From positions 69,256-133,255 of the forward strand of contig JABHBL010000056.1 of the NCBI GenBank assembly GCA_018673925.1: DNA of 64,000 nucleotides, given 5' to 3'. The position numbers were made by a program, and so were the translations under genes. Below the pieces are notes generated by a model. That model saw only the letters and a list, made by a program, of their open reading frames with translations, was not told where the DNA came from and searched no databases. The stretch is from Fidelibacterota bacterium (GTDB lineage: Bacteria > Fidelibacterota > UBA8477 > JABMPR01). The first letter of the stretch is position 1. Every line of letters starts with the position of its first letter. Positions 44,734 to 54,162 of this stretch are shown here, piece by piece.

Positions 44734-45456
44734 CTATATATCCCCTTTTAAATATGCCTGGCGTCGTGCTTCTGGAAATTTTTCGATGGCGTATCTCAGC
44801 ATGGTTCGTGGCATGGTCTTGTAGTGTTCTACTAAAAACAATTCTTCAGTGGATTGACTTCGATTCCCCACTTCCCTCAGCATCCAACCCACTGCCTTAT
44901 GGATGAGGTCTTCCTGGTCGTGGAGGAGGATTTTCGAGAGGTTAAGAGTATCTTGAAATTCATATTGTCGAATAAAGTAGTAGCTTGATATAATGGCAAT
45001 TCTGCGTTCCCACAGATCTTCAGATTTGGCCAACACCTCAAGATGTGATCGATCCATATCGAACAGATAGTGCCCGACGATTTGCAGCGCAGAGCTATCA
45101 ACCAAATCCCAATTATTGATGTAGGCAACATTGCTGAGGTACGCTTTGTAGATCTGATGTTTTTCCGAATCGTTTGCACGGGCGAAAAGATTGACCAGCA
45201 GAATGAGTGCAGTGAGTCGTACCTCATGATATTTTGAATGGAGTAAATCCAGGGCATCCTGTCTGGTAGCATCCCGATTCCTTTTGGCAACTGCCCGTAT
45301 TTGTGGAACCCGGATACCAATGAAAACATCCCCTTCTCCATATTCCCCGATTCCTGTCTTGAAAAATCGCTGGGAATGACTGGCTCGAGCTGGATCACCC
45401 ATTTGTAGTAATTCGTTGAGAATTTGATCTGAAAGTTTAGACATAGGTGATATCAA
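44734..45456 (-). CDS. DNA alkylation repair protein (AlkD-like HEAT-repeat family)
   Basis: 240 aa. N-terminal ...QRFFKTG.GEYGEGD.F.GIRVPQIR... and internal NNWDLVD motifs fit the DNA_alkylation family. Confidence 0.8.
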   Translation of the reverse strand: MISPMSKLSDQILNELLQMGDPARASHSQRFFKTGIGEYGEGDVFIGIRVPQIRAVAKRNRDATRQDALDLLHSKYHEVRLTALILLVNLFARANDSEKHQIYKAYLSNVAYINNWDLVDSSALQIVGHYLFDMDRSHLEVLAKSEDLWERRIAIISSYYFIRQYEFQDTLNLSKILLHDQEDLIHKAVGWMLREVGNRSQSTEELFLVEHYKTMPRTMLRYAIEKFPEARRQAYLKGDI

Positions 45457-45483
45457 TCCTCAATTGACTGATCGACATATCCA

Positions 45484-46149
45484 TTATAGGCTTGGCCAGT
45501 TGTTTTGTTTAGCAACCTGTGCCAATCCTCTTGTTGGGTTGACGATAACAGGATTAGCAACATGCTTTAAAATGGGTATATCATTCTCTGAATTACCATA
45601 AGCGTAGGATTGGGAAAAATCAATACCGTGCTGTTTCGCGAGATCATTTGCCAGCGTTACCTTCGCCTCTCCAACACATACCTGCCCCTTGGGTCTCCCT
45701 GTAAGGATGCCATGCTCATCCACCTCAAGGTGAGTGCATAGCAAATGATCTATACTGAGAGCTTCCATCACCGGCTTGAGATAGTAATCAATTGAACCGG
45801 TCACCAACACAGTTTGATGTCCCTGCTCCTGGTGCCAGCGTAACTTTTGGGTCACTTCTGCTGATAAATTAGGCGCAAGATGCTCGTCATAAAAAGGTTG
45901 GGCAGAGTCTACAAAGAGTTGGAATTCACGACCCTTGTAAAAACTTAGAAATGTTCGCGCCATGTATTGTTCATCAACAAGCCCTAGCTTTTTGAGAAGT
46001 ACACCGAGTAACAATTTCAGAATGAATGTCTTGGAAAGAAAGCCTTGATCCTTGAGAACCTTGAACCCTATAGTAGCACTATCAACTGCCAGAAGGGTTT
46101 CATCAAAATCAAAAAATGCGGCTATAGGTGAGTCAAAATTTTGCTTCAT
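45484..46149 (-). CDS. HAD-IB family hydrolase (SerB-like)
   Basis: FDFDETL (DxDxT) motif I, VTGS motif II, GNSENDIP motif IV. Confidence 0.8.
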   Translation of the reverse strand: MKQNFDSPIAAFFDFDETLLAVDSATIGFKVLKDQGFLSKTFILKLLLGVLLKKLGLVDEQYMARTFLSFYKGREFQLFVDSAQPFYDEHLAPNLSAEVTQKLRWHQEQGHQTVLVTGSIDYYLKPVMEALSIDHLLCTHLEVDEHGILTGRPKGQVCVGEAKVTLANDLAKQHGIDFSQSYAYGNSENDIPILKHVANPVIVNPTRGLAQVAKQNNWPSL

Positions 46150-46285
46150 GTCAACTCTTCAGATTTGAATATTTCCCTTTTCAACAGGCATCTCATTTTT
46201 GTGATTCTGAGTATTTACTTTATAAGCACTTTTTAACAGAATATTGTGTGATAAACAAGGACTTTAGAGGTGATATACGGTCTTA

Positions 46286-46343
46286 ATTAGTTTGTAATAT
46301 TTACTAACTAATGCTTGCAGCACTTGTCTAGACATGTTATCAT
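46286..46343 (+). promoter_or_regulatory. Candidate operator palindrome plus sigma-70-like promoter upstream of pta
   Basis: ATTAGTT-N13-AACTAAT inverted repeat (46286-46312), then TTGCAG (46315-46320), 17 nt, TATCAT (46338-46343). Pattern match only. Confidence 0.3.
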
Positions 46344-46373
46344 ATTCTCACAAATTGAACATTGAGGTTTTTC

Positions 46374-47360
46374 ATGAGTGTTGTTGATAAATTCATTGCC
46401 AGAGCAAAGGATAACCCAGCTCGCATTGTCTATCCCGAAGCCACTGATCCACGGATACTACAAGCTGTTGTACAGGTGAAAGAACAAGGTATAGCTACCC
46501 CCATCCTGATTGGTAGCCCTGGTCAAGTTCAAGAAATAGCTCGGGATCATAATTGCTCAATTAGTGGGATCGAAATTATCGATAGTAAGACAGATGCTCG
46601 ACTTGATGACTATGCTCAAGCCTATGCAACCAATCGCGATCTAAGAGAGGCCATTGCCAAAAAACTGGTTCGCAAGCCACTGTCTTTTGGTGGGATGATG
46701 GTTAACCAGGGCGCTGCTGATGGCATGGTAGCAGGTGTGGCTACAGCAACCAGTATCGTTATTCAAACTGCGACACTTACTGTGGGGTTTCAAGAAGGAC
46801 TCTCGACTCCCAGCAGTTTCTTTATAATGATTATTCCAGAATTTCAAGAGAAGCGGGATAAGATTTTTCTCTTTGCTGACTCCGCAGTAAACATTCAACC
46901 CAGTGCTCAACAATTGGCTGAGATTGCCATCGCATCTGGGACAAATGCCAGAGCTCTATTGGGCATTGACCCAAAAATAGCCTTTCTATCATTTTCGACC
47001 AAAGGTTCTGCCGGGCATGCAGATGCAGACAAAGTCATTGAGGCACTCGCCATAGCACGGAATATTAATCCTGAATTTGATATGGATGGTGAACTCCAGC
47101 TAGATGCCTCCATCATCCCCAGTGTTGCATCTAAAAAGGTGCAGGAAAGCTCCGTTGCAGGAGAAGCCAACGTATTGGTATTTCCTGATCTTGATGCGGG
47201 AAATATTGGCTACAAACTGGTCCAGTATATGGCCAACGCCAAGGCCATCGGGCCTATTCTCCAGGGTTTTGCAAAACCGGTGAATGATATGAGCCGCGGC
47301 GCCAGTGTAGACGATTTGATCGCCGTGTCCGCCATTACCTCAGTCCAGGCCAAAGGATAG
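46374..47360 (+). CDS. pta: Phosphate acetyltransferase (short form)
   Basis: PTA_PTB family blocks (IVYPEATDPRIL, ADSAVNIQP, LVFPDLDAGNIGYK). ATG at 46374 is preferred over the track's TTG at 46362. Confidence 0.9.
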   Translation: MSVVDKFIARAKDNPARIVYPEATDPRILQAVVQVKEQGIATPILIGSPGQVQEIARDHNCSISGIEIIDSKTDARLDDYAQAYATNRDLREAIAKKLVRKPLSFGGMMVNQGAADGMVAGVATATSIVIQTATLTVGFQEGLSTPSSFFIMIIPEFQEKRDKIFLFADSAVNIQPSAQQLAEIAIASGTNARALLGIDPKIAFLSFSTKGSAGHADADKVIEALAIARNINPEFDMDGELQLDASIIPSVASKKVQESSVAGEANVLVFPDLDAGNIGYKLVQYMANAKAIGPILQGFAKPVNDMSRGASVDDLIAVSAITSVQAKG

Positions 47361-47366
47361 AGCAAC

Positions 47367-48566
47367 ATGAAAATCCTGGTCTTTAATTGTGGTAGTTCAT
47401 CGATAAAATTCAAACTATTTCATATGCCACTGGAGGATGTGCTAGCGGAAGGTCTTTTGGAAAGGGTCGGTTCAGAAGACGCATATGCTTCACTAAAAAC
47501 ACCCCGGGGGAAAATGGAGAAAAACCGGGCGATTCCTGACTACCCCTCAGGATTTGAAGTCATCAAAAAAATGCTTCTCGATCCTGACAATGGTGCTATT
47601 AGTACTCTATCTGAAGTTAATGCCTGTGGCCATCGTGTGGTTCATGGAGGCGAAAGCTTTGGTGGATCCATGCCTATAGACGATGAGCTGGAGGAAGGTA
47701 TTGAGGCTGTCTTTGAGCTCGCCCCCCTCCATAATCCTCCCAATTTGACTGGAATACAACAAGCCAGACTCATGTTTGGTAAACTTCCTCAGGTGGCCTG
47801 TTTTGATACGGCATTTCACCAGAGTATTCCTGAAGTGGCCTACCGCTACGCCCTGCCTGAGAAATTGTACACTGAACACCAGATTCGACGCTATGGTTTC
47901 CATGGTATGTCACATCAATATGTAGCTCGACAGGCTGCGCAGATGATGGGAATGCATAAATATTCTGTAAATCTGATTACCTGCCATCTTGGAAATGGAT
48001 CTTCTGTGGCAGCCATCAGAGATGGCCACTCAGTTGATACCAGCATGGGACTCACTCCGTTGGAAGGTCTTGTCATGGGAACACGTAGCGGTGATCTGGA
48101 CCCGGGCATCCTTTTCTATCTAAACCGGAAAGGTTACGACACGGACAGCCTGGATACACTGCTTAACAAACAGTCTGGTCTTCTTGGAATCTCAGGAAGC
48201 TCCAATGATGTTCGTGATCTCGAATTGAAAGCTGATGACGGCGATGATAGAGCTGAGTTAGCTCTTAACATCTTTGCCTATCGCATTAAAAAATACATCG
48301 GGGCATATATGGCTGTGCTAAACCGGGTTGATGCCATTGTTTTTACTGGAGGCATTGGTGAAAATGGTGCTGCTATGCGTCATCGGATTCTGTCTGATAT
48401 GGATCAACAGGGCATCGTCATTGATAACATGAGAAACGAAATTCATGCTGGAGTGGCAGGTGAAATTCAAGGAGCAACATCCAGAATTAAGGTCATGATC
48501 ATCCCAACTAATGAGGAGTTGGCCATTGCTCGTGATACTTTCAAACTAACCACAATGAAACACTGA
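47367..48566 (+). CDS. ackA: Acetate kinase
   Basis: MKILVFNCGSSSIKF, HRVVHGG, FDTAFHQ, FHGMSH, FTGGIGEN. Confidence 0.93.
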   Translation: MKILVFNCGSSSIKFKLFHMPLEDVLAEGLLERVGSEDAYASLKTPRGKMEKNRAIPDYPSGFEVIKKMLLDPDNGAISTLSEVNACGHRVVHGGESFGGSMPIDDELEEGIEAVFELAPLHNPPNLTGIQQARLMFGKLPQVACFDTAFHQSIPEVAYRYALPEKLYTEHQIRRYGFHGMSHQYVARQAAQMMGMHKYSVNLITCHLGNGSSVAAIRDGHSVDTSMGLTPLEGLVMGTRSGDLDPGILFYLNRKGYDTDSLDTLLNKQSGLLGISGSSNDVRDLELKADDGDDRAELALNIFAYRIKKYIGAYMAVLNRVDAIVFTGGIGENGAAMRHRILSDMDQQGIVIDNMRNEIHAGVAGEIQGATSRIKVMIIPTNEELAIARDTFKLTTMKH

Positions 48567-48584
48567 TAAATCAGGAGAGAAAAG

Positions 48585-48824
48585 ATGTCAACCATAGATC
48601 GAATTAAGAATGTAGCTGCTGAATTGTTAAAGGTTGAGGCCTCACGTGTCCAGGAATCTTCCCGATTCGTAGAGGATCTTGGTGCTGACTCCATGCAATC
48701 TATCGAACTGGTTGCTGCCTTTGAAGAAGAGTTCGATATCGAGATGGATGAAGATGCTGCGTTGGGCGTAAAAACAGTTGGGGATGCAGTTGGTTTTATT
48801 GACCGTGTTATCGCCGAAGGTTGA
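48585..48824 (+). CDS. Acyl carrier protein paralogue
   Basis: 79 aa. DLGADSMQSIELV matches the ACP phosphopantetheine-Ser motif (DS[LM]). Sits between ackA and a GntR gene rather than among fab genes. Confidence 0.8.
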   Translation: MSTIDRIKNVAAELLKVEASRVQESSRFVEDLGADSMQSIELVAAFEEEFDIEMDEDAALGVKTVGDAVGFIDRVIAEG

Positions 48825-48830
48825 TCTCTT

Positions 48831-49598
48831 ATGAGTAACGAGAGACTTCTATATAATACCCATCTGGACAAGAGCAGTTACATCCCGCTCTATATTCAGG
48901 TCAGGGATATTCTAAAAGAACTCATCAATTCAGGGAAACTTCAACCTGGCGACCAGATTCCCAGCGAGAATGAGTTATCCTCGGAATACAATATCAGCCG
49001 TATGACTGTACGACAGGCCAGTCAGGAGCTTATCCGCGAAGGATACATTATTATCAGGCGTGGCGAAGGAACCTTTGTCAACGCGGCCTCCCATACCCAA
49101 ATGCTTCTCAAGCTGGAAGGATTTTCTTCTGAGATGGCCAAACTTGGCTACCGGAATCACTCCCGAGTCTTGAACATTGAAATGGTTGAGGCATTCGACT
49201 CCTTCGGTATGGCTTACACAGGTTTGGGGAAGGAACCTGGTGAAGCCCTGGTCAGGATTCAGAGAATCCGATATGTAGAAGAAACACCCTTCGCCATCGA
49301 AACTTCCTTCCTGCCCCTGGATGTGGGTCAGGGTCTCCTGAATCCACGTATGGCTGACGACGCCTCCATCTATAATTACATTGAAAAAGATCTACACATC
49401 AGGCTTTCCCGAGCTGACCATGTTATCCAACCTGGCCTCGCCGATCAAGAGCAGGCGGAACTCCTGGAAATTGCCAAAGGAAGCCCCGTTTTAAATCTCC
49501 ATGGGACCACGTTTTCTATGAATAATCAACCTGTGGAATATCTCGAGGGTATTTACAGGGGTGACAAATATGAATTGAAAGTTGTGATCACTAAATAG
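48831..49598 (+). CDS. GntR/HutC-family transcriptional regulator (wHTH + UTRA), NagR-like
   Basis: PSENELSSEYNISRMTVRQA wHTH. C-terminal UTRA-type effector domain. Confidence 0.85.
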   Translation: MSNERLLYNTHLDKSSYIPLYIQVRDILKELINSGKLQPGDQIPSENELSSEYNISRMTVRQASQELIREGYIIIRRGEGTFVNAASHTQMLLKLEGFSSEMAKLGYRNHSRVLNIEMVEAFDSFGMAYTGLGKEPGEALVRIQRIRYVEETPFAIETSFLPLDVGQGLLNPRMADDASIYNYIEKDLHIRLSRADHVIQPGLADQEQAELLEIAKGSPVLNLHGTTFSMNNQPVEYLEGIYRGDKYELKVVITK

Positions 49599-49609
49599 GA
49601 AATCATAAT

Positions 49610-51583
49610 ATGAATTCTGAACAATATTTAGCCCTGACACCGGAAGCCATCAAGATTCTCAAAAGTAATGGCTGTTGGTCAAGGAGTTGGTCAAAAGTAA
49701 AAGTAACCAGGGGCTTTGACCCAACGCGGATCGCAGGAACCATTTTCAGAGGTCAGGTCCGCATTGGACGTCTTGAGGGTGAGTTTCTACCCAAAGATGG
49801 TATTCGACGATATGCTGGAATATTTGATGCCAATCTTCACAATGTCCATATTGGGGACAATTGCCATATTTCGAATATCAATGGCTGGCTTTCCAACCTG
49901 GTGATTGAAGACAATGTGTTGATAGAAAACGCAGGCTCAATTGTTTGCCAAGGTGAAACCAGTTTTGGAAATGGCCATTCAATTGAAGTTCTCAATGAGG
50001 CTGGCGGTAGGGAGTTAAAAATTACTGAGATGACCAGCGCTCAGACTGCTTATTTATCAACCATGTATCGACATGATACCGAGTTGATCAAGGCTTTGGA
50101 TGAGATAGCAGAGAAGTATGCCAGGAGTGTTCGTTCTGATAGAGCTACTATTGGTGAGGGAGCCAAATTATTTCACTGCCAGAATATTGTGAATGTAAAT
50201 ATTGGAAAAGGAGCCATTCTAAGGGGAATCCAGAACCTGAAAGAAGGAACTATTGCTTCATCCCCAGAGGCTTCCACATTTGTTGGTGATGGTGTCATCG
50301 CCAAGGATTTCATCATTCAGAAGGGAGCTTATGTATCGGATGGTGCCCTATTGGCATCAACCCTGATCGGTGAGGCTTCAAAAATTGGCAAACAATTCTC
50401 TGCAGAAAACTCGGTCTTGTTCTGCAACTCAGAAGGTTTCCATAGTGAGGTCTGCTCCATTTTTGCGGGACCCTATACTGTCACACATCATCGCTCAACA
50501 CTGCTCATCGCCGGCATGTTTTCCTTTTTCAATGCAGGTAGTGGTACCAACCAGTCCAATCACATGTACAAATTGGGACCATTACACCAGGGGATCATTG
50601 AACGTGGTGGTAAAACTGGGTCTTCCTCCTATCTGCTCTGGCCATCCCGAGTGGGTGCCTTTTCTGCCATTATGGGTAAGCATTACTCCAATTTTGACAG
50701 CTCCGACTTCCCCTTCTCCTATGTCAATGAGGACAGTGGTCAATCTACGCTGGTACCTGGTATGAACTTTTTTACTGTTGGCACCATGCGTGATGGATTG
50801 AAGTGGCCAACCCGTGATGGTCGCAAGAATACCGACAAGCTGGATCAACTCAACTTTGAGGTTTTATCCCCCTATACCGGTCAAAAAATGATGCAGGGAC
50901 AGTCCATTCTCTTGGATCTGTATGCTGGAGCGGAAAGGGGTCAGGAGTATGTGAGCCATAAGGGTATACTCATCAAGCGTCTGCTTTTAAAAACCTGTAG
51001 CCGCTATTATAGAATGGCACTTGAGAAATATCTGGGTGACGCTCTCATCGCACGACTCACCGCAAGTCCAGTTACAGATATTAATGAGCTGGTGAGTCAA
51101 TCTGATAGCGCTGATGATGGTGATAGTCCTTGGGTTGATGTCTCAGGTCTATTGTGCTCACAATCCCGGATCGAAGACTTATTAAACAGGATAAAAACTG
51201 GTGAGGTAATTGACCTGCATACACTTCAGGTCGAACTCCAGAAGATCCACAAGAGTTATACCCAGGATGAGTGGTCATGGGTTGTAAAAGCCATGCCTCA
51301 AGTTTGTGGATTTGAAAGTATCAACACAGAAAACCTGTTAACCGTACTGGAAAAATGGAAGGTATCCACCACGAAGCTGCTCAATATGGTGGAAATGGAT
51401 GCTTCTAAAGAATTCGAAGGTAATGTGCGAACCGGTTTTGGGATAGATGGGTACCAGGATGATGATTTTGATGAAGTTCGTGGAAAATTTGAGTCCAACT
51501 CATTTAAAAAGCAATTAGATGATATGAGACAAGCGGTTGAAAGCAATTATGACCATGCGCTCGCCATCTTGAACAATTTATAA
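49610..51583 (+). CDS. Large hexapeptide-repeat (left-handed beta-helix-like) protein, DUF4954-like; function unknown
   Basis: 657 aa. N-terminal half rich in [LIV]-G-x-x-x-x type turns (NVHIGDNCHISNINGWLSNLVIEDNVLIENAGSIV). The family name is from recollection and is unverified. Confidence 0.6.
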   Translation: MNSEQYLALTPEAIKILKSNGCWSRSWSKVKVTRGFDPTRIAGTIFRGQVRIGRLEGEFLPKDGIRRYAGIFDANLHNVHIGDNCHISNINGWLSNLVIEDNVLIENAGSIVCQGETSFGNGHSIEVLNEAGGRELKITEMTSAQTAYLSTMYRHDTELIKALDEIAEKYARSVRSDRATIGEGAKLFHCQNIVNVNIGKGAILRGIQNLKEGTIASSPEASTFVGDGVIAKDFIIQKGAYVSDGALLASTLIGEASKIGKQFSAENSVLFCNSEGFHSEVCSIFAGPYTVTHHRSTLLIAGMFSFFNAGSGTNQSNHMYKLGPLHQGIIERGGKTGSSSYLLWPSRVGAFSAIMGKHYSNFDSSDFPFSYVNEDSGQSTLVPGMNFFTVGTMRDGLKWPTRDGRKNTDKLDQLNFEVLSPYTGQKMMQGQSILLDLYAGAERGQEYVSHKGILIKRLLLKTCSRYYRMALEKYLGDALIARLTASPVTDINELVSQSDSADDGDSPWVDVSGLLCSQSRIEDLLNRIKTGEVIDLHTLQVELQKIHKSYTQDEWSWVVKAMPQVCGFESINTENLLTVLEKWKVSTTKLLNMVEMDASKEFEGNVRTGFGIDGYQDDDFDEVRGKFESNSFKKQLDDMRQAVESNYDHALAILNNL

Positions 51584-51595
51584 TACGGAGAAAAA

Positions 51596-52402
51596 ATGAG
51601 ACTTATTATTCAAACCAACTATGATCGATTAAGCAAGTGGACCGCACATTATATTGCGAAAAGCATTAATGATTTTGCTCCCACAAAGGACAATCCTTAT
51701 GTCTTAGGACTGCCTACCGGATCTTCACCAGTTGGGACCTACAAGGAGATAGTAAATCTGGTAAAGGAAGGACGCGTCTCGTTTGAAAATGTCATCACTT
51801 TCAATATGGATGAATATGTCAAGATTCGAGAAGGTCATCCAGAAAGCTATCATTCATTTATGCGACAAAATCTTTTTAACCACATCGGTATTCCTGAAGA
51901 AAACATCAACATTCTAGATGGGAATGCAAAGGACCTGGTTGCAGAGTGTGATGCCTTCGAAGCCAAGATAAAATCAGTCGGTGGTATCCGTCTTTTTCTG
52001 GGTGGAATTGGTCCTGATGGACATATCGCCTTTAATGAACCCGGGTCCTCACTTCACTCTAGGACACGTGTAAAAACATTAACTTATGACACTCGAATTG
52101 CTAATTCCCGATTTTTTGGGAATGATATTGAGTCCGTTCCAAAGCTGGCTTTGACTGTTGGTGTCGGTACGGTTACCGATTCTAAGGAGGTCGTTTTGAT
52201 TGTCAATGGTCACTCTAAAGCCAGGGCACTTTATAAGATGATTGAAGAGGGTGTCAACCATATGTGGACTTCCTCTGCGCTACAGCTTCATCCAAAGTCC
52301 ATGGTGGTTTGTGACGAGGATGCCACTTACGAACTCAAACATGGAACCTATCGATACTTCCGGGATATTGAGAAGGAAAATCTTCAGCCCTATGCCATAT
52401 AG
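51596..52402 (+). CDS. nagB: Glucosamine-6-phosphate deaminase
   Basis: [36 protein letters not shown]. Confidence 0.92.
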   Translation: MRLIIQTNYDRLSKWTAHYIAKSINDFAPTKDNPYVLGLPTGSSPVGTYKEIVNLVKEGRVSFENVITFNMDEYVKIREGHPESYHSFMRQNLFNHIGIPEENINILDGNAKDLVAECDAFEAKIKSVGGIRLFLGGIGPDGHIAFNEPGSSLHSRTRVKTLTYDTRIANSRFFGNDIESVPKLALTVGVGTVTDSKEVVLIVNGHSKARALYKMIEEGVNHMWTSSALQLHPKSMVVCDEDATYELKHGTYRYFRDIEKENLQPYAI

Positions 52403-52433
52403 ATATACGTTTAACGTACACATACCTCCACAA

Positions 52434-52461
52434 AAGAAGCCCCTGAAATCAGGGGCTTCTT
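52434..52461. terminator. Bidirectional terminator hairpin
   Basis: AAGAAGCCCCTGA-aa-TCAGGGGCTTCTT, an 11-13-bp stem between convergent nagB and the selenoprotein gene. Confidence 0.75.
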
Positions 52462-52490
52462 GGTTGATGGATAGATCTTTGGAAAAAATG

Positions 52491-53357
52491 CTATTTCAGC
52501 AAAAGAATTTTCCTCGTATCGCGACCGCCATCATGAAACAGTGTAGCCAGATACACACCGCTAGGCAGATCTGCACCTGAATCATCCCTTGTGTTCCAGG
52601 TTAACTGGTGTGAGCCTGCCGAAAGATCAACATTCAGCAGCTGTCGGACTGCCCTACCCTGATTATCATAAATTGAAAGTCTCACAAAGCCTGAATGAGG
52701 GAGCTCAAATTGGATTTGAGCTTCTGCATTAAAAGGGTTGGGATAGACTGAGAGCAAGGTGTGTGTCTCTGGTGTCTCAATCTCGTCACCCACTTCCGAA
52801 ACGATGAGCAGTTCGTCCAGTAAATTTGTAATGACTGATTCATTATATCCAATCGAGTTATACTGAACGACTCCATTCATATCAATGATGGTATTACGTG
52901 GGATAGCTCCAGTACCAAAGTCACTCCAGATATTTGACCCGCGATCATCAGCGATTGGATATGAAGCCCCTAGACTAGCCCAGGCCTGACAATTCAACGA
53001 GTTAAAATCACTACCAAGGGAAACAACCAGGAGACCTTCATCGGCTCGTGATTGGTGAAACTCCTCCAAGTGCGGAACCTCCGCACGGCAATTGCCTCAC
53101 CAGGATGCAAAAAAATTAAGCCAGACAACTCGCGTGTCCATCCCCTGATCAGGTTCTAGTAAACTTCCCAGTGTCACATCCCCAGCGTCATTAGCGCAAA
53201 AGCTCACAACCCTGTCTCGGGTGGCCTGACTAATTGTTTGCCCCACACTGTATTGGCCATAGGCCTCTGTTCCCAACAAGTATATACTTAAGACCAGGGC
53301 TATGGAAGTAAGCCTGGTTACTTTTTTGAAATTCATATAAGCTCCATTAATAATCAT
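52491..53357 (-). CDS. Predicted selenocysteine-containing thioredoxin-fold (TlpA/ResA/redoxin-like) protein with signal peptide and T9SS C-terminal domain; in-frame UGA at 53097-53099
   Basis: Track ORFs 53097-53357 and 52491-53069 are in one frame, separated by a single TGA. Read-through gives VVWLNFFASW-U-GNC-RAEVPHLEEF (the WCxxC motif) and a cis-Pro block GAIPRNTIID. A SECIS-like hairpin starts 10 nt after the UGA. The start may be ATG 53357 or ATG 53336 (MNFKKVTRL...). Confidence 0.8.
53070..53099 (-). promoter_or_regulatory. UGA recoding site plus bacterial SECIS-like stem-loop
   Basis: mRNA: UGA-GGCAAUUGCC-GUGCGGA-GGU-UCCGCAC. A perfect 7-bp stem with a GGU apical loop (17 nt, 53070-53086) begins 10 nt after the UGA. 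Confidence 0.7.
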
Positions 53358-53527
53358 TAATCCTCGAATCCAATTTAGGATGGACTGTATAAATTAGTGT
53401 CAGAGGAACGACACTTATTCTAAAGGTACATATAAAAATATTTAAACTAATTTTCAAGTATCTCCTCTTAATTCGATAATATTTTAAGCTATATTGCCCA
53501 GCACTTAAAATTTTTCAGGAGTTAGAG

Positions 53528-53998
53528 ATGATTGATGATCGTGATATCCAGATATTGGAATTACTACAGGAAAACGGACGCGCTACTGCCAGCGAAATAG
53601 CCAAAGTTGTACAACTCTCCATACCGGCAGTTGGGGAGAGAATGAAAAAACTCACAGAGAATGGATTGATTAAAGGCTATTCAACCGTAGTAGATCACAA
53701 AAAAGCAGGTTTAGATCTTACCGCCTTTGTTTTCATCGTCAGCGAGCATTCAGATCATTATGATAAGTTTATTGAGCAAGCTTCTGAATCGAGCTCAGTT
53801 CTGGAATGCCACTCCATCATCGGTGGAGGCTCTCATATTCTGAAGGTCCGAGCTAGAAACTCACAAGCCCTGGAAGACCTGCTGTATGAAATTCAAAATT
53901 GGCCTGGGGTGAATAGGACCCAATCGAACCTGGTATTATCCACCTACAAGGAAACCACATCGATCGATTTGCATGCCTTGATGCCCGCAAACAGTTAG
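53528..53998 (+). CDS. Lrp/AsnC-family transcriptional regulator
   Basis: AsnC-type HTH (DDRDIQILELLQENGRATASEIAKVVQLSIPAVGERMKKL) plus a C-terminal RAM/AsnC_trans_reg domain. Confidence 0.9.
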   Translation: MIDDRDIQILELLQENGRATASEIAKVVQLSIPAVGERMKKLTENGLIKGYSTVVDHKKAGLDLTAFVFIVSEHSDHYDKFIEQASESSSVLECHSIIGGGSHILKVRARNSQALEDLLYEIQNWPGVNRTQSNLVLSTYKETTSIDLHALMPANS

Positions 53999-54075
53999 CC
54001 AGGATAATTTTTTCGCTAATAATTCATAAATACCTTATATTTTTAAAGTATGTTTAATTATCTCTTAAATTATTA

Positions 54076-54104
54076 TTGACATGTAACAAGATCGCTTGTT
54101 AATT
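54076..54104 (+). promoter_or_regulatory. Candidate promoter with overlapping perfect palindrome upstream of the glutamine synthetase gene
   Basis: TTGACA (54076-54081). TAACAAG-ATCG-CTTGTTA perfect 7-bp inverted repeat (54084-54101) fills the spacer. Weak -10 TTAATT (54099-54104). Confidence 0.3.
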
Positions 54105-54162
54105 GTATGTCATGAAAATTAAGCAAATAGTCATTAAGCAATTCGACTAAGGAGAACACGCC

